DNA of 64,000 nucleotides from Corallococcus exiguus (GCF_017302975.1 NZ_JAFIMT010000003.1), one strand, 5' to 3'; numbered from the stretch's first letter, positions 1-9,387 are shown. The notes: generated by a model not told the origin, from the letters alone. Numbers and translations are program-made.

Positions 1-864
1 CGGAGGCACCGCCTGCGCCACGACCTTCTGGGCCTCGCACAGTTGTTCGCAGAGCGCGTCCAGCGTGCTCTTGCACGCGGCATCTCCGCCCAGGTCCAGC
101 GTCTTCATCAACGACGCCAGCTTGCGAGCATCCTGCTTCGCTCGAGCCACCTGCCGTTCCTCCAGCGGGCCGTGGCGCTGCACCTCGATGCGATCCTGAA
201 GCCCCGCGACCACCGAGCCGGGCCCGAAGATGCCGCCCGTGGGAGCAGGAGCCCCTGGCTCACCCGCCTCGCCGGAAGGCGCACCGGCCCCACCACCCGT
301 TCCACCCGTCCCCGTGCCTCCACCTGTTCCCGTTCCCCCACCCGTCTCTGTCCCGGTGCCTGCTCCTGTCCCCGCGCCAACCGGAGGAGGCAGGAACGCG
401 CGCAGTTCGTTGAGCTCCGGCAGCAGGCGCAGCGACGCGAGCGTCTCGAACACGGCGGCGGTCTCTTCCCCCTCCGCCGCTGAATTCACCGCCGTCCCCG
501 GCGACAGCGTGCCGCGCACGTTCGCCTTGCAGCGGAAGTGCTGGAGCCCCACCGCCGCGGTGCCCGGGCTCGGCCGATAACCGATGTGCCCGAGCAGCTT
601 GGAGACGGAGTCCTCCAGCCGCGCGGTGGCGAGGAAGCCCTCCTCCGCCCAGGCCTGCTGATACGTCCACAGCACGTGCAGCGCGAGCGCTACGCTGTCC
701 AGCAGCCCCCGCCCCAGGTCCACCGAGGATGGCGCCGCGTACGCGAGCGGATTCCACGTGGGCGCTTCGTCCAGCCGGGTGAAGACGATGCGCGCCGACT
801 CGCCCAGCCGGGTGCGGAGCTGCTCATGCGTCAGCGCCTGGTGCGTGGAGGGAACGCGGCTCAT
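1..864 (-). CDS. Truncated Gly/Thr-rich protein, last gene of the eCIS-like operon (candidate tail fibre or unknown). The start ATG at 864..862 overlaps the baseplate stop as ATGA, and the gene runs past the window start.
   Basis: My translation of the reverse complement of 1..864 gives MSRVPSTHQALTHEQLRTRLGES...GAGTGAGTGTETGGGTGTGGGTGTGGTGGGAGAPSGEAGEPGAP...CKSTLDALCEQLCEAQ. The frame is open and has no stop. It is missing from the ORF track because it is open-ended. The 4-nt overlap with the upstream gene supports the call. Confidence 0.5.
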   Translation of the reverse strand, partial: MSRVPSTHQALTHEQLRTRLGESARIVFTRLDEAPTWNPLAYAAPSSVDLGRGLLDSVALALHVLWTYQQAWAEEGFLATARLEDSVSKLLGHIGYRPSPGTAAVGLQHFRCKANVRGTLSPGTAVNSAAEGEETAAVFETLASLRLLPELNELRAFLPPPVGAGTGAGTGTETGGGTGTGGGTGTGGTGGGAGAPSGEAGEPGAPAPTGGIFGPGSVVAGLQDRIEVQRHGPLEERQVARAKQDARKLASLMKTLDLGGDAACKSTLDALCEQLCEAQKVVAQAVPP

Positions 865-3800
865 CGCAGCCCTCCGCACACCTGCACGGTGAGGACGCCT
901 TCAGACCCCGGCCAGTAACCACCCCGAGCGGTGGCCACCTCGTCCGGTCCAATGGGAATGACGCCCGCCTCCAGCCGCTCCTGCGATTGGGGCTCCAGCC
1001 GGCGGAAGCGCTTCACCCGCACCGCCGTCACGCCCGGGACGCGCAGCACCGCCTGGTACAGGTCCGCGAGCTGCACGTCGCCGTTCAGGCCAGAGCGGTC
1101 CGGATCCAACAGGCCGCCGTCCCCCGCGATGGCGCCCACCACCGCGCCGCGCACCTGGTCGGCCTGCGCATACGGCGCGGCATCCACCTCCAGGTCCAAG
1201 TCGAGCGGCACCCATTTGGGCGGCAGCGCTTCCACGTCCACGCCCAGAAGGCGGATCTCCTCCAGGCGACTGCGCACCCCTGCCCATCGGCGCAGCAGCT
1301 CGTCGCGGTCGAGCATGTCCTCGTCACGCAGCAACACCGTCACGCGGATGACCGTGCGCAGGTCCCGGTCCACGGCGCGCGCCGAGGCTCCCGCCACCTC
1401 CGGCATCTGCTGGAGCATCCGCCCGTAGTCGTCGACCGTGACGGCGGACAGCGGCTGCGACACACCCGCCGGTGCGCGGTAGCGAATGGAGTCGAGCGAC
1501 TCCGCGTCGCGTCCCTCCACCGCGGGCAGCGGATTGTCCACGCGAACCAACGCGCGCAAGTCGTCCATCGACTGGGCCAGCAACTCACCCGCGGACGCGG
1601 AGCGCTGCGGATCCAACGGCACCTGGAGCAAACGCGTGAGCACGCCCTCCCCCACGTTGGCCACCGTCCCCAGCCCCACGCGCAGCGACAGTCCCAGCGT
1701 CGTCTCCCGGGGCGGAAGCACGGCGCCGTTGACGCCGTCGCCCCAGCGCAGGCTGGCGCCACCCGTGGGGGTCGCGCGCAGCACGAACACCTCGTCCCCT
1801 GGCCCCTGGATGGACAGGTCGTCCACCAGCGTCCAGGGGTCGTCCTCCACGCTCACCTGGAGCTGGGGCGTCCCGCGCCGCGACGTCTCCTCCGGCAGTG
1901 GATACCCGGAGGCCTGGACGCTGACCGGATGGAACGGCAGGGCGAACTCGCGCTCCTCGCTGCCGTCCACGACAGGGGACAGCAACGCGCGCCACTGCGC
2001 GAGGCTGCGCGCGAAGGGCTCCGCCGAGTCCGACTCGAAGCCCTCCGGAAGCGGCGTCACCGGCAGCCCGTGATGCGCGGGCACCACGTTGCCCAGCACC
2101 GTCGCACGAGGCCCCGGTGCGGGGTCTCCCGGCGCCAGGAACACCTCCGGCGCGAACCTGCGGGGATCCCATCCGACGAAGGTCGTATCGGTGGCGAGCG
2201 CCACGGACGTCACGCGCACCACGTGCCCGCCCTCGCCACGGCCCCGATAGAGGATCAGCCACCGGCCAGGCTCCAGCTCCGGGTACAGACCCGCGAGCGT
2301 CGCGCCCGTGTCCCCCAACTGCACGGACTCCGCGAGCGTCACGGTCTCCAGCCGGGGGAAGTACGACAGAGGCGACTCGGTGACGAACACCAGCGAGTGC
2401 TCGTCCGTGGAGACATTCGCCACCAGCGTCTCAGCGGGAATCTCCAGCACGCCGCCACCGGTGAGGAACTCCAGCGCGGTGGTGCCGGGCGGAAGCACCG
2501 ACAGGTTCAGTTCCTCCAACCGCGCCTTCACCAGCGCCGCGAGCGCCTCCGGATCCAACCGGAACCGCAGCATCACCGTGGCGGAGAGTCCCGGATCCGG
2601 CACGTAATCCAGTCCACGAGCATGGTCCTCCACGGAGCGCCGCAACCGGGCGTCTTCCAGGAAGCCCTCCACCACCGCGCGCTCCTGCTGGTACGCCAGC
2701 GAGTCCAACTGCGCGGCCACGGCCTCCAGCAACATGGTCGTGAAGTCCGCGGGCCCCCGGTCCTCCCACGGCGCCATCACCGTGCGGGCCCGCTCCAGCA
2801 TCACCGCCAGCAACGACTGCGCGTCGCGAGCCTGGTAGTCCACCAACGCGCCAGGCGCCGGACGCTCCGGGGCCGCGAGCCACGGGCGCGGCTGCGGATC
2901 CCTCACGTCACAACCCGGCACCACGTCCGGAGCCCACGCGCCAATGAATGGCGGCGGGTCGCGAGGACCATCGCCCGGAACCTGCACCGCCGCGCGAGAG
3001 ATGGCCGCATCCGGGACCAGCCGCAGGTCCACGGTCTCCGGGGGCGGCAGGCCGCCAGTGAGCAACACCGGGGGAACCTCCGGAGTCCCCGGCGTCCGGT
3101 ACGGCAGTGGCCCCACCTCCAGGAACGGAGGCGCCGCGCCCTGAGCGAACAGCGCGGGAGAGGCAGACAGCTCCGCGTCCGGCTCCAGCACGAACGGCGC
3201 GCCAACGATGCCCGTGAAGAGCGCGTCGTAGGCGCGAATCTCCCCGGGCCCCAGCCGCAGCCCATGCGCATGCCGGTGCCAGGTGAGCTGCGCCAGCAGA
3301 AGCTGCTCCGCCTGGAGCCAGCCCGCGTGCACCGACGTCCAGGCCTCGGTGCGTCGCACCAGCGCCGTGCGCAGTCCGCCCTCCAGTTGCAACGCGGTGC
3401 CGGTGATGACGAAGAGGGAGCAATCCTCGACGGCGATCTCCCCCGGCGTGCCCACGTCCAGCACCGGCTCCAGGCCGCCCAGCGGCGCGGCTACGTGCAG
3501 GCCCACGACGTCCGCATCGGTGGGAAACGCAGGCAGCGTCAGCGGCCCCACGACCGAAGCAGACAGTGCATCCAATGCGGCGATGAGCCAGTCCGACCAG
3601 GACGCCTCGGGCTGCGCGGACACCGGGACAGGCGCCGCTGACACACGGCTCACCTCCACGTCACGGACCACCACCGGATCCAGCGAAGGTCCCCCCAACA
3701 CCCGCATGCCCGTGGCGCGCGTTCCGGCGGAGACATCCTCCACCTGGCCCATGGCTACTTCGATGCTCCGCCCGCCCAGTGCGAGCACACCCATCGGGAA

Positions 3801-4628
3801 CCCGCCCTGCACCCGCTGCACGGTGAAGCCACGCACCTGGAGCGCGCCCGCCGAGGCCGCGATGAGCCCGATGCTCCACTGCACTCCGAACGCATCCACC
3901 TCGCTCACGGACACGTCCACCATGGACAGGCCCTCGCCCTCCTCCCGAGCCACCAGCACCCGCGCGCCGGTCGCGTTCGGCCCGGAGACCTGCGACACCG
4001 TGAGCCCGGACAGGTCCGCTCGGGTGAAGCCCGCGAGCTCCAGGCCCACGCCCGTCTCCATGCCCATGACGTCGCGAACCGCCACGTCCGCCCACTGCGA
4101 GCGTTGGCAGACAGCCCGCACGCCGAAGGCATCCCCCACCGTGGCCCTCACTCCGTCCACGGACAGGCCCGTGACGCGGGCCTCCGCCGCCAGCAACCGG
4201 AGCCCCGTCGCCACCTCACCCTTCGCCTGCGTCACCGTGAGCGAGTCGATGACCACCGTGCCGTCCGGCGTCTCCACGCTCATCGCCACGCAATCCCCTG
4301 ACGCCGTGGCGCTCACCGTGACGTCCGACACCTCCACCCGCGCCCCCAGGAGGACCAGCCCGGCGTCCACCGCCACCACCATCACGCGCGACAGTCCGGT
4401 GACGAGCCCCGTGACTTCGAGCGTCCCGCCGTCGAGCCGCAGCGTCACACCCGGGCCGCCCGTAAGCCGCAGCGAGTGCACGGGCGTGCCGATGACGAAG
4501 TTCGAGGTGAGCACGCCCTCGCCCACGGGCAGCACCCACTCCACCTCGCCCGGCGGCGTGGTCTCCAACGCGGCCTGGGCCTCCGCGAGCGACGCCTCCA
4601 GCGGCAATGTCAGGACCCGCGCGCTCAC
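861..4628 (-). CDS. Fused gp6/baseplate-J-like baseplate wedge protein, 1255 aa. GTG start at 4628 overlaps the gp25-like stop as GTGA.
   Basis: The C-terminus (...LYQAVLRVPGVTAVRVKRF...) is baseplate-J-like. The N-terminal third has VTGLSV/VSDVTV beta-helix-like repeats. The gene sits after the gp25-like gene as in eCIS and phage baseplate modules. The track ORF 861..5111 is over-extended. Confidence 0.7.
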   Translation of the reverse strand: MSARVLTLPLEASLAEAQAALETTPPGEVEWVLPVGEGVLTSNFVIGTPVHSLRLTGGPGVTLRLDGGTLEVTGLVTGLSRVMVVAVDAGLVLLGARVEVSDVTVSATASGDCVAMSVETPDGTVVIDSLTVTQAKGEVATGLRLLAAEARVTGLSVDGVRATVGDAFGVRAVCQRSQWADVAVRDVMGMETGVGLELAGFTRADLSGLTVSQVSGPNATGARVLVAREEGEGLSMVDVSVSEVDAFGVQWSIGLIAASAGALQVRGFTVQRVQGGFPMGVLALGGRSIEVAMGQVEDVSAGTRATGMRVLGGPSLDPVVVRDVEVSRVSAAPVPVSAQPEASWSDWLIAALDALSASVVGPLTLPAFPTDADVVGLHVAAPLGGLEPVLDVGTPGEIAVEDCSLFVITGTALQLEGGLRTALVRRTEAWTSVHAGWLQAEQLLLAQLTWHRHAHGLRLGPGEIRAYDALFTGIVGAPFVLEPDAELSASPALFAQGAAPPFLEVGPLPYRTPGTPEVPPVLLTGGLPPPETVDLRLVPDAAISRAAVQVPGDGPRDPPPFIGAWAPDVVPGCDVRDPQPRPWLAAPERPAPGALVDYQARDAQSLLAVMLERARTVMAPWEDRGPADFTTMLLEAVAAQLDSLAYQQERAVVEGFLEDARLRRSVEDHARGLDYVPDPGLSATVMLRFRLDPEALAALVKARLEELNLSVLPPGTTALEFLTGGGVLEIPAETLVANVSTDEHSLVFVTESPLSYFPRLETVTLAESVQLGDTGATLAGLYPELEPGRWLILYRGRGEGGHVVRVTSVALATDTTFVGWDPRRFAPEVFLAPGDPAPGPRATVLGNVVPAHHGLPVTPLPEGFESDSAEPFARSLAQWRALLSPVVDGSEEREFALPFHPVSVQASGYPLPEETSRRGTPQLQVSVEDDPWTLVDDLSIQGPGDEVFVLRATPTGGASLRWGDGVNGAVLPPRETTLGLSLRVGLGTVANVGEGVLTRLLQVPLDPQRSASAGELLAQSMDDLRALVRVDNPLPAVEGRDAESLDSIRYRAPAGVSQPLSAVTVDDYGRMLQQMPEVAGASARAVDRDLRTVIRVTVLLRDEDMLDRDELLRRWAGVRSRLEEIRLLGVDVEALPPKWVPLDLDLEVDAAPYAQADQVRGAVVGAIAGDGGLLDPDRSGLNGDVQLADLYQAVLRVPGVTAVRVKRFRRLEPQSQERLEAGVIPIGPDEVATARGGYWPGSEGVLTVQVCGGLR

Positions 4629-4999
4629 GGCGGCGCCTCCAGGTCCCGGCGGAACAGCTCCGCGTGTTCCTCGCCCGTCGCCAGCAGCGTGTAGAGGATG
4701 TCCACGTAGAGCGTGGCGTCCTCGGCGCTCACCTTCACCGCGTCCAGGCGCACCTGGTCGCGCATGAACTCCTGCACGTTGAGGCGGATGATGTACTCGG
4801 CCGTGGCGGCGGCCTCCGGGCTCGCGGCGCCGAACACCATCCGCTGCACGCCGCACCCGAAGCGCGGCCGGTTCACCCGCTCCCCGGGCAGCGTGAAGAG
4901 CAACTGCTCCAACTGCTGGCGGATGACCTGCGAGGGCCCCACCGTGCGCGGCGTGCCCAGGTCTCCCAGTTGGAAGGGGAAGTTCAGGCCGCGCCCCAT
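4625..4999 (-). CDS. gp25/GPW-like baseplate wedge protein, 124 aa
   Basis: MGRGLNFPFQLGDLG...VIRQQLEQLLFTLPGERVNRPRFGCGV matches the gp25/GPW lysozyme-like family signature. ATG at 4999 (cat at 4997-4999) overlaps the upstream stop as ATGA. Confidence 0.8.
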   Translation of the reverse strand: MGRGLNFPFQLGDLGTPRTVGPSQVIRQQLEQLLFTLPGERVNRPRFGCGVQRMVFGAASPEAAATAEYIIRLNVQEFMRDQVRLDAVKVSAEDATLYVDILYTLLATGEEHAELFRRDLEAPP

Positions 5000-6186
5000 C
5001 ACGCCACCCCGTTGAGCGCGTCGCGCGCCAGGTCCACGTCCACCTCGTAGCGGGCCAGCGCCTCCGCCCACACCCAGCGGTGCCGAGCGCCGCGCACGTA
5101 CCAGGTGCCATCCATCAGCTTGCCCGCCCCCACGAGCCCCACCGGACGCCGCGCGCGGAGGATGCGCTCGTAGCGCAGGCCCTGCACCGTGCCGTTCGCC
5201 TCCGCGAGCCAGTCCGCCTCGCGGTAGTCCGACCACGCCAGGTTCTCCACCTCCGGAACGTCGTGCGGCACGTCCACGTACTGCAGGCCCACCGCCTTCG
5301 TCTGGGGCCGCTTCGGCAGCACCGCCGCCATGCGCGCCTTCAGGATGTCCGCGCGGCTCGTGGGCCCCATGCGCGGGAAGCGAGGCGCCGTCACCGTGGC
5401 GGAGCGGATCCGCCGAGTACGCTCGTCGATGTGCTCGCCGTGCATTTCCGTGGGGCGGTGACTCTCCCAGCGCGCCTTGAGCTCCATGACGGTCGGCGTG
5501 GAGCGAGGAATGAGCGACAGGTCCGGCTGCTTCGGGCCACTTGGCCGGGGCAGGTGGAAGTGGCCCACGCTCTCCGGCGCCGCGTTGGCGCCCGCGCCCA
5601 CCGGCCCCTGCTTGCGCTCCACGAACACCTCGAAGCCATTGCGCCGCGCGAGCCACCGGAGGAGCGACGCATCCGTGCCGCGCTGGAGCACCACTGCCCG
5701 CGCCGGGTCGCGCACGGGCGCCGTCTCCTGCACGTCCAGCGCGAAGCCGTATTCACCGTACAGCTGCCGCACGATGCCCGCGTCGGACAGCCCGCTGAAC
5801 GAGCGCGTGCGCTCCTCCAGGTGCATCAGGCACGACGCGTCCAGCCCGTACACCTCCAGCGACGAGTCCGGCATGCGCGAGGGACCGAAGTACGGCTCCA
5901 CCGCGGTGATGTAGCCGTCGAACACCACGTCCTGCACATCCGGCGCATCACTGTCCGGAGCGCCCAGCCCGAAGCTGATGGTGACGCGCTTGAGCAGCGC
6001 GAAGCGCCCGTCCGCCAGCGCGTCCCAGTCCCCCGAGTTCGTGGGCGCCATGTCCAGGGACAGGTGGAAGGAGGACGCGTCGTCGGTGCGCTCGTCCACC
6101 TCCAGACGCGACACCCTGCCGCGGGCGTCCGTCATGGGCTGCCCGTCGATCCACAACTGGAGGAACGCCGCGCGCTGATCCGCCAT
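4999..6186 (-). CDS. Phage late-control-D / gp27-like baseplate hub (spike base) protein, about 395 aa
   Basis: Its size and its position between the gpX-like LysM gene and the gp25-like gene match a hub. The true start MADQRAAFLQLWIDGQ is at 6186, in an ATGA overlap with the LysM gene stop. Assignment to the GPD family is by recall, not by search. Confidence 0.5.
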   Translation of the reverse strand: MADQRAAFLQLWIDGQPMTDARGRVSRLEVDERTDDASSFHLSLDMAPTNSGDWDALADGRFALLKRVTISFGLGAPDSDAPDVQDVVFDGYITAVEPYFGPSRMPDSSLEVYGLDASCLMHLEERTRSFSGLSDAGIVRQLYGEYGFALDVQETAPVRDPARAVVLQRGTDASLLRWLARRNGFEVFVERKQGPVGAGANAAPESVGHFHLPRPSGPKQPDLSLIPRSTPTVMELKARWESHRPTEMHGEHIDERTRRIRSATVTAPRFPRMGPTSRADILKARMAAVLPKRPQTKAVGLQYVDVPHDVPEVENLAWSDYREADWLAEANGTVQGLRYERILRARRPVGLVGAGKLMDGTWYVRGARHRWVWAEALARYEVDVDLARDALNGVA

Positions 6187-6464
6187 CAGGGCTTCTCCGG
6201 GATGAACAGCACCGTTCCCGGATCCAGGAGCGCCTCGGGCTCGAAGGTGGGGTTGGCGTCCACGATGCGCCACGCCTGGTACGGGTCACTGAAGTAGCGC
6301 TGCGCGAGCAGGTCCAACCGGTCCCCCGCCACCACCTTGTGCAACAGGGACGTGGGCACGCGCGGCGCCACGCGGGGCACGTACAGCGACACCGTGGCGC
6401 CCTCCGGCCCCAGCGGCACCGCGTACGTCGGCAGGTCCTTGTGTCGCGAGGAAGGGTCGCTCAT
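6186..6464 (-). CDS. LysM-like phage tail protein X (gpX/gp53-like), 92 aa
   Basis: HKVVAGDRLDLLAQRYFSDPYQAWRIVDANPTFEPEALLDPGTVLFIP is a classic gpX-type LysM motif. Confidence 0.75.
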   Translation of the reverse strand: MSDPSSRHKDLPTYAVPLGPEGATVSLYVPRVAPRVPTSLLHKVVAGDRLDLLAQRYFSDPYQAWRIVDANPTFEPEALLDPGTVLFIPEKP

Positions 6465-6474
6465 GGCCGTCGCT

Positions 6475-7203
6475 TCAGCTCGCCCCGTTGAGCTTCACCT
6501 GCGGCGCCAGGGCCTGCGCGATGAGGGTGCTCGCGTCCGCGCCCTTCACCGCCGCCAGGTCCTCCATCCGCAGGCGCTGGTCGCGCAGGTTCGCGAACGC
6601 CTGCTCCACCTTGCTGTTCGCCGCGTTCTCCCCCACCTCCAGGATGCGCATGCGCAGGTCCACCTCCGCGCGCAGCGGGAACAGCGACGGGTCGAAACGC
6701 TGCTCCACGATGGTCATCCCGGTGATGACCACCGGGAAGGTGCGCGGCCCCAGCATCAGGAGCAGCTCCGTGGGGTTGAGCGAGACGAGCTTCGTCGCGG
6801 GCTTCTTCTCCTCGTCCCCCGTCTGGTCCTTGCCCAGCGCCATGCCCTCCAGCATGGCCAGCTCCGGCAGCACGCCCTGGATGCCCTCCCCCTTCGTGTC
6901 GCGCAGCAGCGCCTCCGTCACGTCGAAGACGAGCTTCAAGGCAATGGTCTCGCTCTTGGCGTGCAGGCCGCCGCCGCGCTGACCGTCGGTGAGGATCTTG
7001 GTCTGCTCGGGCGTCTTGCCGGGCTTCGTCTCCCACTGGCCCGCGCGCGTGCGCGTCACCGTCTCCGGGTTGTACTGGAAGCGCAGCGCGACCACGCTCG
7101 ACCCGGCCTTCGGGTCGGCGGACGACGGCGGCAGCGTCACCAGCATGCCCTTCTGGAGCTGCTGATCGAACGCGATGAGCGTCGGGTCCAGGTTGCGCGT
7201 CAT
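6475..7203 (-). CDS. Conserved eCIS-region protein, about 242 aa (possible tube initiator or baseplate-associated)
   Basis: The internal start MTRNLDPTLIAFDQQ lies at 7203 (cat at 7201-7203) and overlaps the upstream small gene. The protein contains LRFQYNPETVTRTRAGQW. Function is unassigned. Confidence 0.5.
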   Translation of the reverse strand: MTRNLDPTLIAFDQQLQKGMLVTLPPSSADPKAGSSVVALRFQYNPETVTRTRAGQWETKPGKTPEQTKILTDGQRGGGLHAKSETIALKLVFDVTEALLRDTKGEGIQGVLPELAMLEGMALGKDQTGDEEKKPATKLVSLNPTELLLMLGPRTFPVVITGMTIVEQRFDPSLFPLRAEVDLRMRILEVGENAANSKVEQAFANLRDQRLRMEDLAAVKGADASTLIAQALAPQVKLNGAS

Positions 7204-7412
7204 CCGTTGCCCCGAGCACCGGGCGGCTCGCGCTGGGCGAGGCTCCGGGCAATGGCTTCGTTGTTCTTGTCCATCAGCGCCACCACCGTCTGGGTGAACA
7301 GCTTCACGAACTCCTTCGGGTTGTCCGGCACGCTGCGCAGCATCCACGCGAGCTCACGCTCCATCTCGCGGCGGGTGAGTCCAACCTGTCCTTGCACCGG
7401 GGGTGGGGCCAT
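7200..7412 (-). CDS. Small eCIS-associated protein, 70 aa
   Basis: ORF MAPPPVQGQVGLTRREMERELAWMLRSVPDNPKEF... sits in the operon frame between the Zn-ribbon gene and the 242-aa gene with short overlaps. Confidence 0.45.
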   Translation of the reverse strand: MAPPPVQGQVGLTRREMERELAWMLRSVPDNPKEFVKLFTQTVVALMDKNNEAIARSLAQREPPGARGNG

Positions 7413-7430
7413 GGCGTGCGCGTCCTCTCG

Positions 7431-8306
7431 TCAGCTCCAGCCATCCACCAGCGGACGGCCTTCCAGCTCGTTGCGAAGCAGCTCCAGGTAGCGCCACCGC
7501 CGGGCTCGCGGCAGGGCCAGGATGTCCGCCTCCGACCAGTGGTAGTGGAAGGCCAGCACGTGCACCTCCGTCTCCAATCGCGCCGCCCCGCCCCGCAGCT
7601 CGCGCGCCAGGAGCGCGAACGGATCCAGCTCCAGCTCCAACCACGCGGAGCACTTCGGACAGCGCGCCAGCAGCCCCAGGTCCGGAGCGCTCGTGCCATC
7701 CGCCAACGCCAGCGCCACCGCGTGCCGTGAGCGCGCGGGCAGCGCCAACCACGCGGAAGGCGTCAGCGTCTGCCCATCCACCACCACCAGCCGCGACCAC
7801 AAGAGCGCGGACCGCTCCGCCCGCGTGCCCTGCATTTCCGCGAGCAGCGCGTCGTCCTCGCCCGTGGGCTCGCGCACCTCCGCCCGTCCCTCCGGCAGCG
7901 CCACGGCGAGCACCTCCGGCGCCGCGTCCACCCGCTCCGGCGAGAGCGCGGAGATGCGCACGTCCACGTCCGCCATCGCCTCGCATCCAGGCGCGGGGCA
8001 GCGCGCCACCAGCGACGCGCGGTCCCCGTACATCCGGGCCCGCAGGTGCAGCGCCAGGTGGTGCCGGTCTCCGCGCGTGAGGCAGGCCGCCAGCTCCGCG
8101 TCCACGCACGAGTAATCCCCCAACCGTCCCAGACACGCCGCCAGCCACCCGCTCACCGCGCGCGGGCCGGGACGCTCGCCGGCCTGGGCCAGCGCCCACT
8201 CCTCGCGGCCGGTGAGCGGGCGCAGCTCGCCCTGGCGGTGACAGCGGCCGTCCTCGTCGAAGAGGCCGTGCGGCAGCAACACCGGGATGGGAGGTTCCAG
8301 GAGCAC
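7431..8306 (-). CDS. Zn-ribbon-containing eCIS-associated protein, 291 aa (two CxxC pairs: CPAPGC ... CPKCS)
   Basis: The ORF lies directly after tube gene 2. The apparent GTG start at 8306 is 1 nt from the tube stop. It has a Cys4 motif and no obvious homolog that I can name. Confidence 0.5.
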   Translation of the reverse strand: MLLEPPIPVLLPHGLFDEDGRCHRQGELRPLTGREEWALAQAGERPGPRAVSGWLAACLGRLGDYSCVDAELAACLTRGDRHHLALHLRARMYGDRASLVARCPAPGCEAMADVDVRISALSPERVDAAPEVLAVALPEGRAEVREPTGEDDALLAEMQGTRAERSALLWSRLVVVDGQTLTPSAWLALPARSRHAVALALADGTSAPDLGLLARCPKCSAWLELELDPFALLARELRGGAARLETEVHVLAFHYHWSEADILALPRARRWRYLELLRNELEGRPLVDGWS

Positions 8307-8307
8307 G

Positions 8308-8799
8308 TCAGACCACCAGCTCCAGCGTGAAGCCTTCGTGCTGGACCTCCACGGACTCGATGAGGATCTCGTTCGCCTCCGCGGCCAGCTCCGACATCGC
8401 GGTGAACTTCGAGACCCACGCGTTGCGCAGCACGAACTTCTTCACCGCGCGGTTGAAGTCCAGGTCGAAGACGAGGATCTCCACGGTGCGCCGGAAGTCC
8501 GGCTCCGCCGAGCGGAACCCGGGCGTGGCCTCATGGCGGATGAGCTGGGTGGCCCAGTCCCGGAACGTCGTGTCCTGGGTGAGGCCCGCCTCCAGCGTGA
8601 GTGGCTCGTAGTGCACGCGGCCCGGGGACAGCTCGTCCACGGAGGACGGGCTGTTGCCGGCGCGGAACTTCACCACCTCCACGGTGCCGGTGATGCCGGA
8701 GATCTTCCGGCACGCGGCCACCTCGAGGTTGTTGAAGAGCACGCGGAAGTTGAAGTTGCGGTACGGGTCGCGCTTCGTGGATTCGACGAATCGGGGCAT
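8308..8799 (-). CDS. Phage tail tube protein, gp19/Afp5-like paralog 2, 163 aa
   Basis: NFNFRVLF...NAWVSKF motifs are typical of contractile tail tube proteins. Confidence 0.85.
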   Translation of the reverse strand: MPRFVESTKRDPYRNFNFRVLFNNLEVAACRKISGITGTVEVVKFRAGNSPSSVDELSPGRVHYEPLTLEAGLTQDTTFRDWATQLIRHEATPGFRSAEPDFRRTVEILVFDLDFNRAVKKFVLRNAWVSKFTAMSELAAEANEILIESVEVQHEGFTLELVV

Positions 8800-8823
8800 G
8801 GCTTCACTCCTCGAATGGGGACG

Positions 8824-9387
8824 TCAGGGCGTCGGGAGGCTCGTCGCGGGCATGGACAGCACGGGCCGGGGCACCGGCTCCCAGCCCTCGTGGGTGAGCT
8901 CCAGCGACAGGAGCGCCACCTCGCCCGCCATGGCGTCCAGCTTGGGCAGGGCGTGGAACTTGCTCACCCACGCGTTGTGCACGTGGAAGCTGCGGATGCG
9001 CGCCTCCATGCCTCCGGGCGGCGGCACGTCCGTGGGGTGCGCGTAGGCGTCCCACACGTCGAGGAAGAGGTCGCGCTTCACCGGCTCGCCGGGCGCCTTG
9101 CCGGTGCGCGCGAACTCCAGCACCGCGCGCGCCCAGCGCTCCAGCGTGTCGTCCAGCGCCAGCCCCTGCTCCAGCACGAGCGGCTCCCAGTTCACCTTGT
9201 GGGGCTGGGCGTACCGGTGAAGGTTGTTGCCGCCCTCCCACGTCTCATAGGCGCCCACGCTGACGGACAGGCCGGACACGGTGCGCACGCCCGCCACGTA
9301 GTCGCCGGCCGCGGACGTGCTCATCCGGAGCCGGAACTGGAAGGTCCGCAGCGGGTTGCGGGCGTTGGCGGGGACGGGCGTGGGCAT
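8824..9387 (-). CDS. Phage tail tube protein, gp19/Afp1-like paralog 1, 187 aa
   Basis: The internal start MPTPVPANARNPLRTFQFRLRM lies at 9387 (cat at 9385-9387), in an ATGA overlap with the sheath stop. It contains the NAWVSKF motif. The track ORF 8824..10002 is over-extended. Confidence 0.85.
   Translation of the reverse strand: MPTPVPANARNPLRTFQFRLRMSTSAAGDYVAGVRTVSGLSVSVGAYETWEGGNNLHRYAQPHKVNWEPLVLEQGLALDDTLERWARAVLEFARTGKAPGEPVKRDLFLDVWDAYAHPTDVPPPGGMEARIRSFHVHNAWVSKFHALPKLDAMAGEVALLSLELTHEGWEPVPRPVLSMPATSLPTP

Noticed and set aside
230-580. Pro-rich plus-strand ORF (PVPPVPVPPPVPV)
   Set aside because: It is the mirror reading of the Gly/Thr-rich repeat of the truncated minus-strand gene. 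That gene fits the operon through an ATGA overlap with the baseplate stop.
987-3641. An 884-aa plus-strand ORF, with several other long plus-strand ORFs across 900-5100
   Set aside because: It is antisense to the baseplate gene. Its composition is Arg/His/Gln-rich and low-complexity, typical of shadow ORFs in roughly 70% GC DNA. The minus-strand frame has clear family signatures and operon overlaps.
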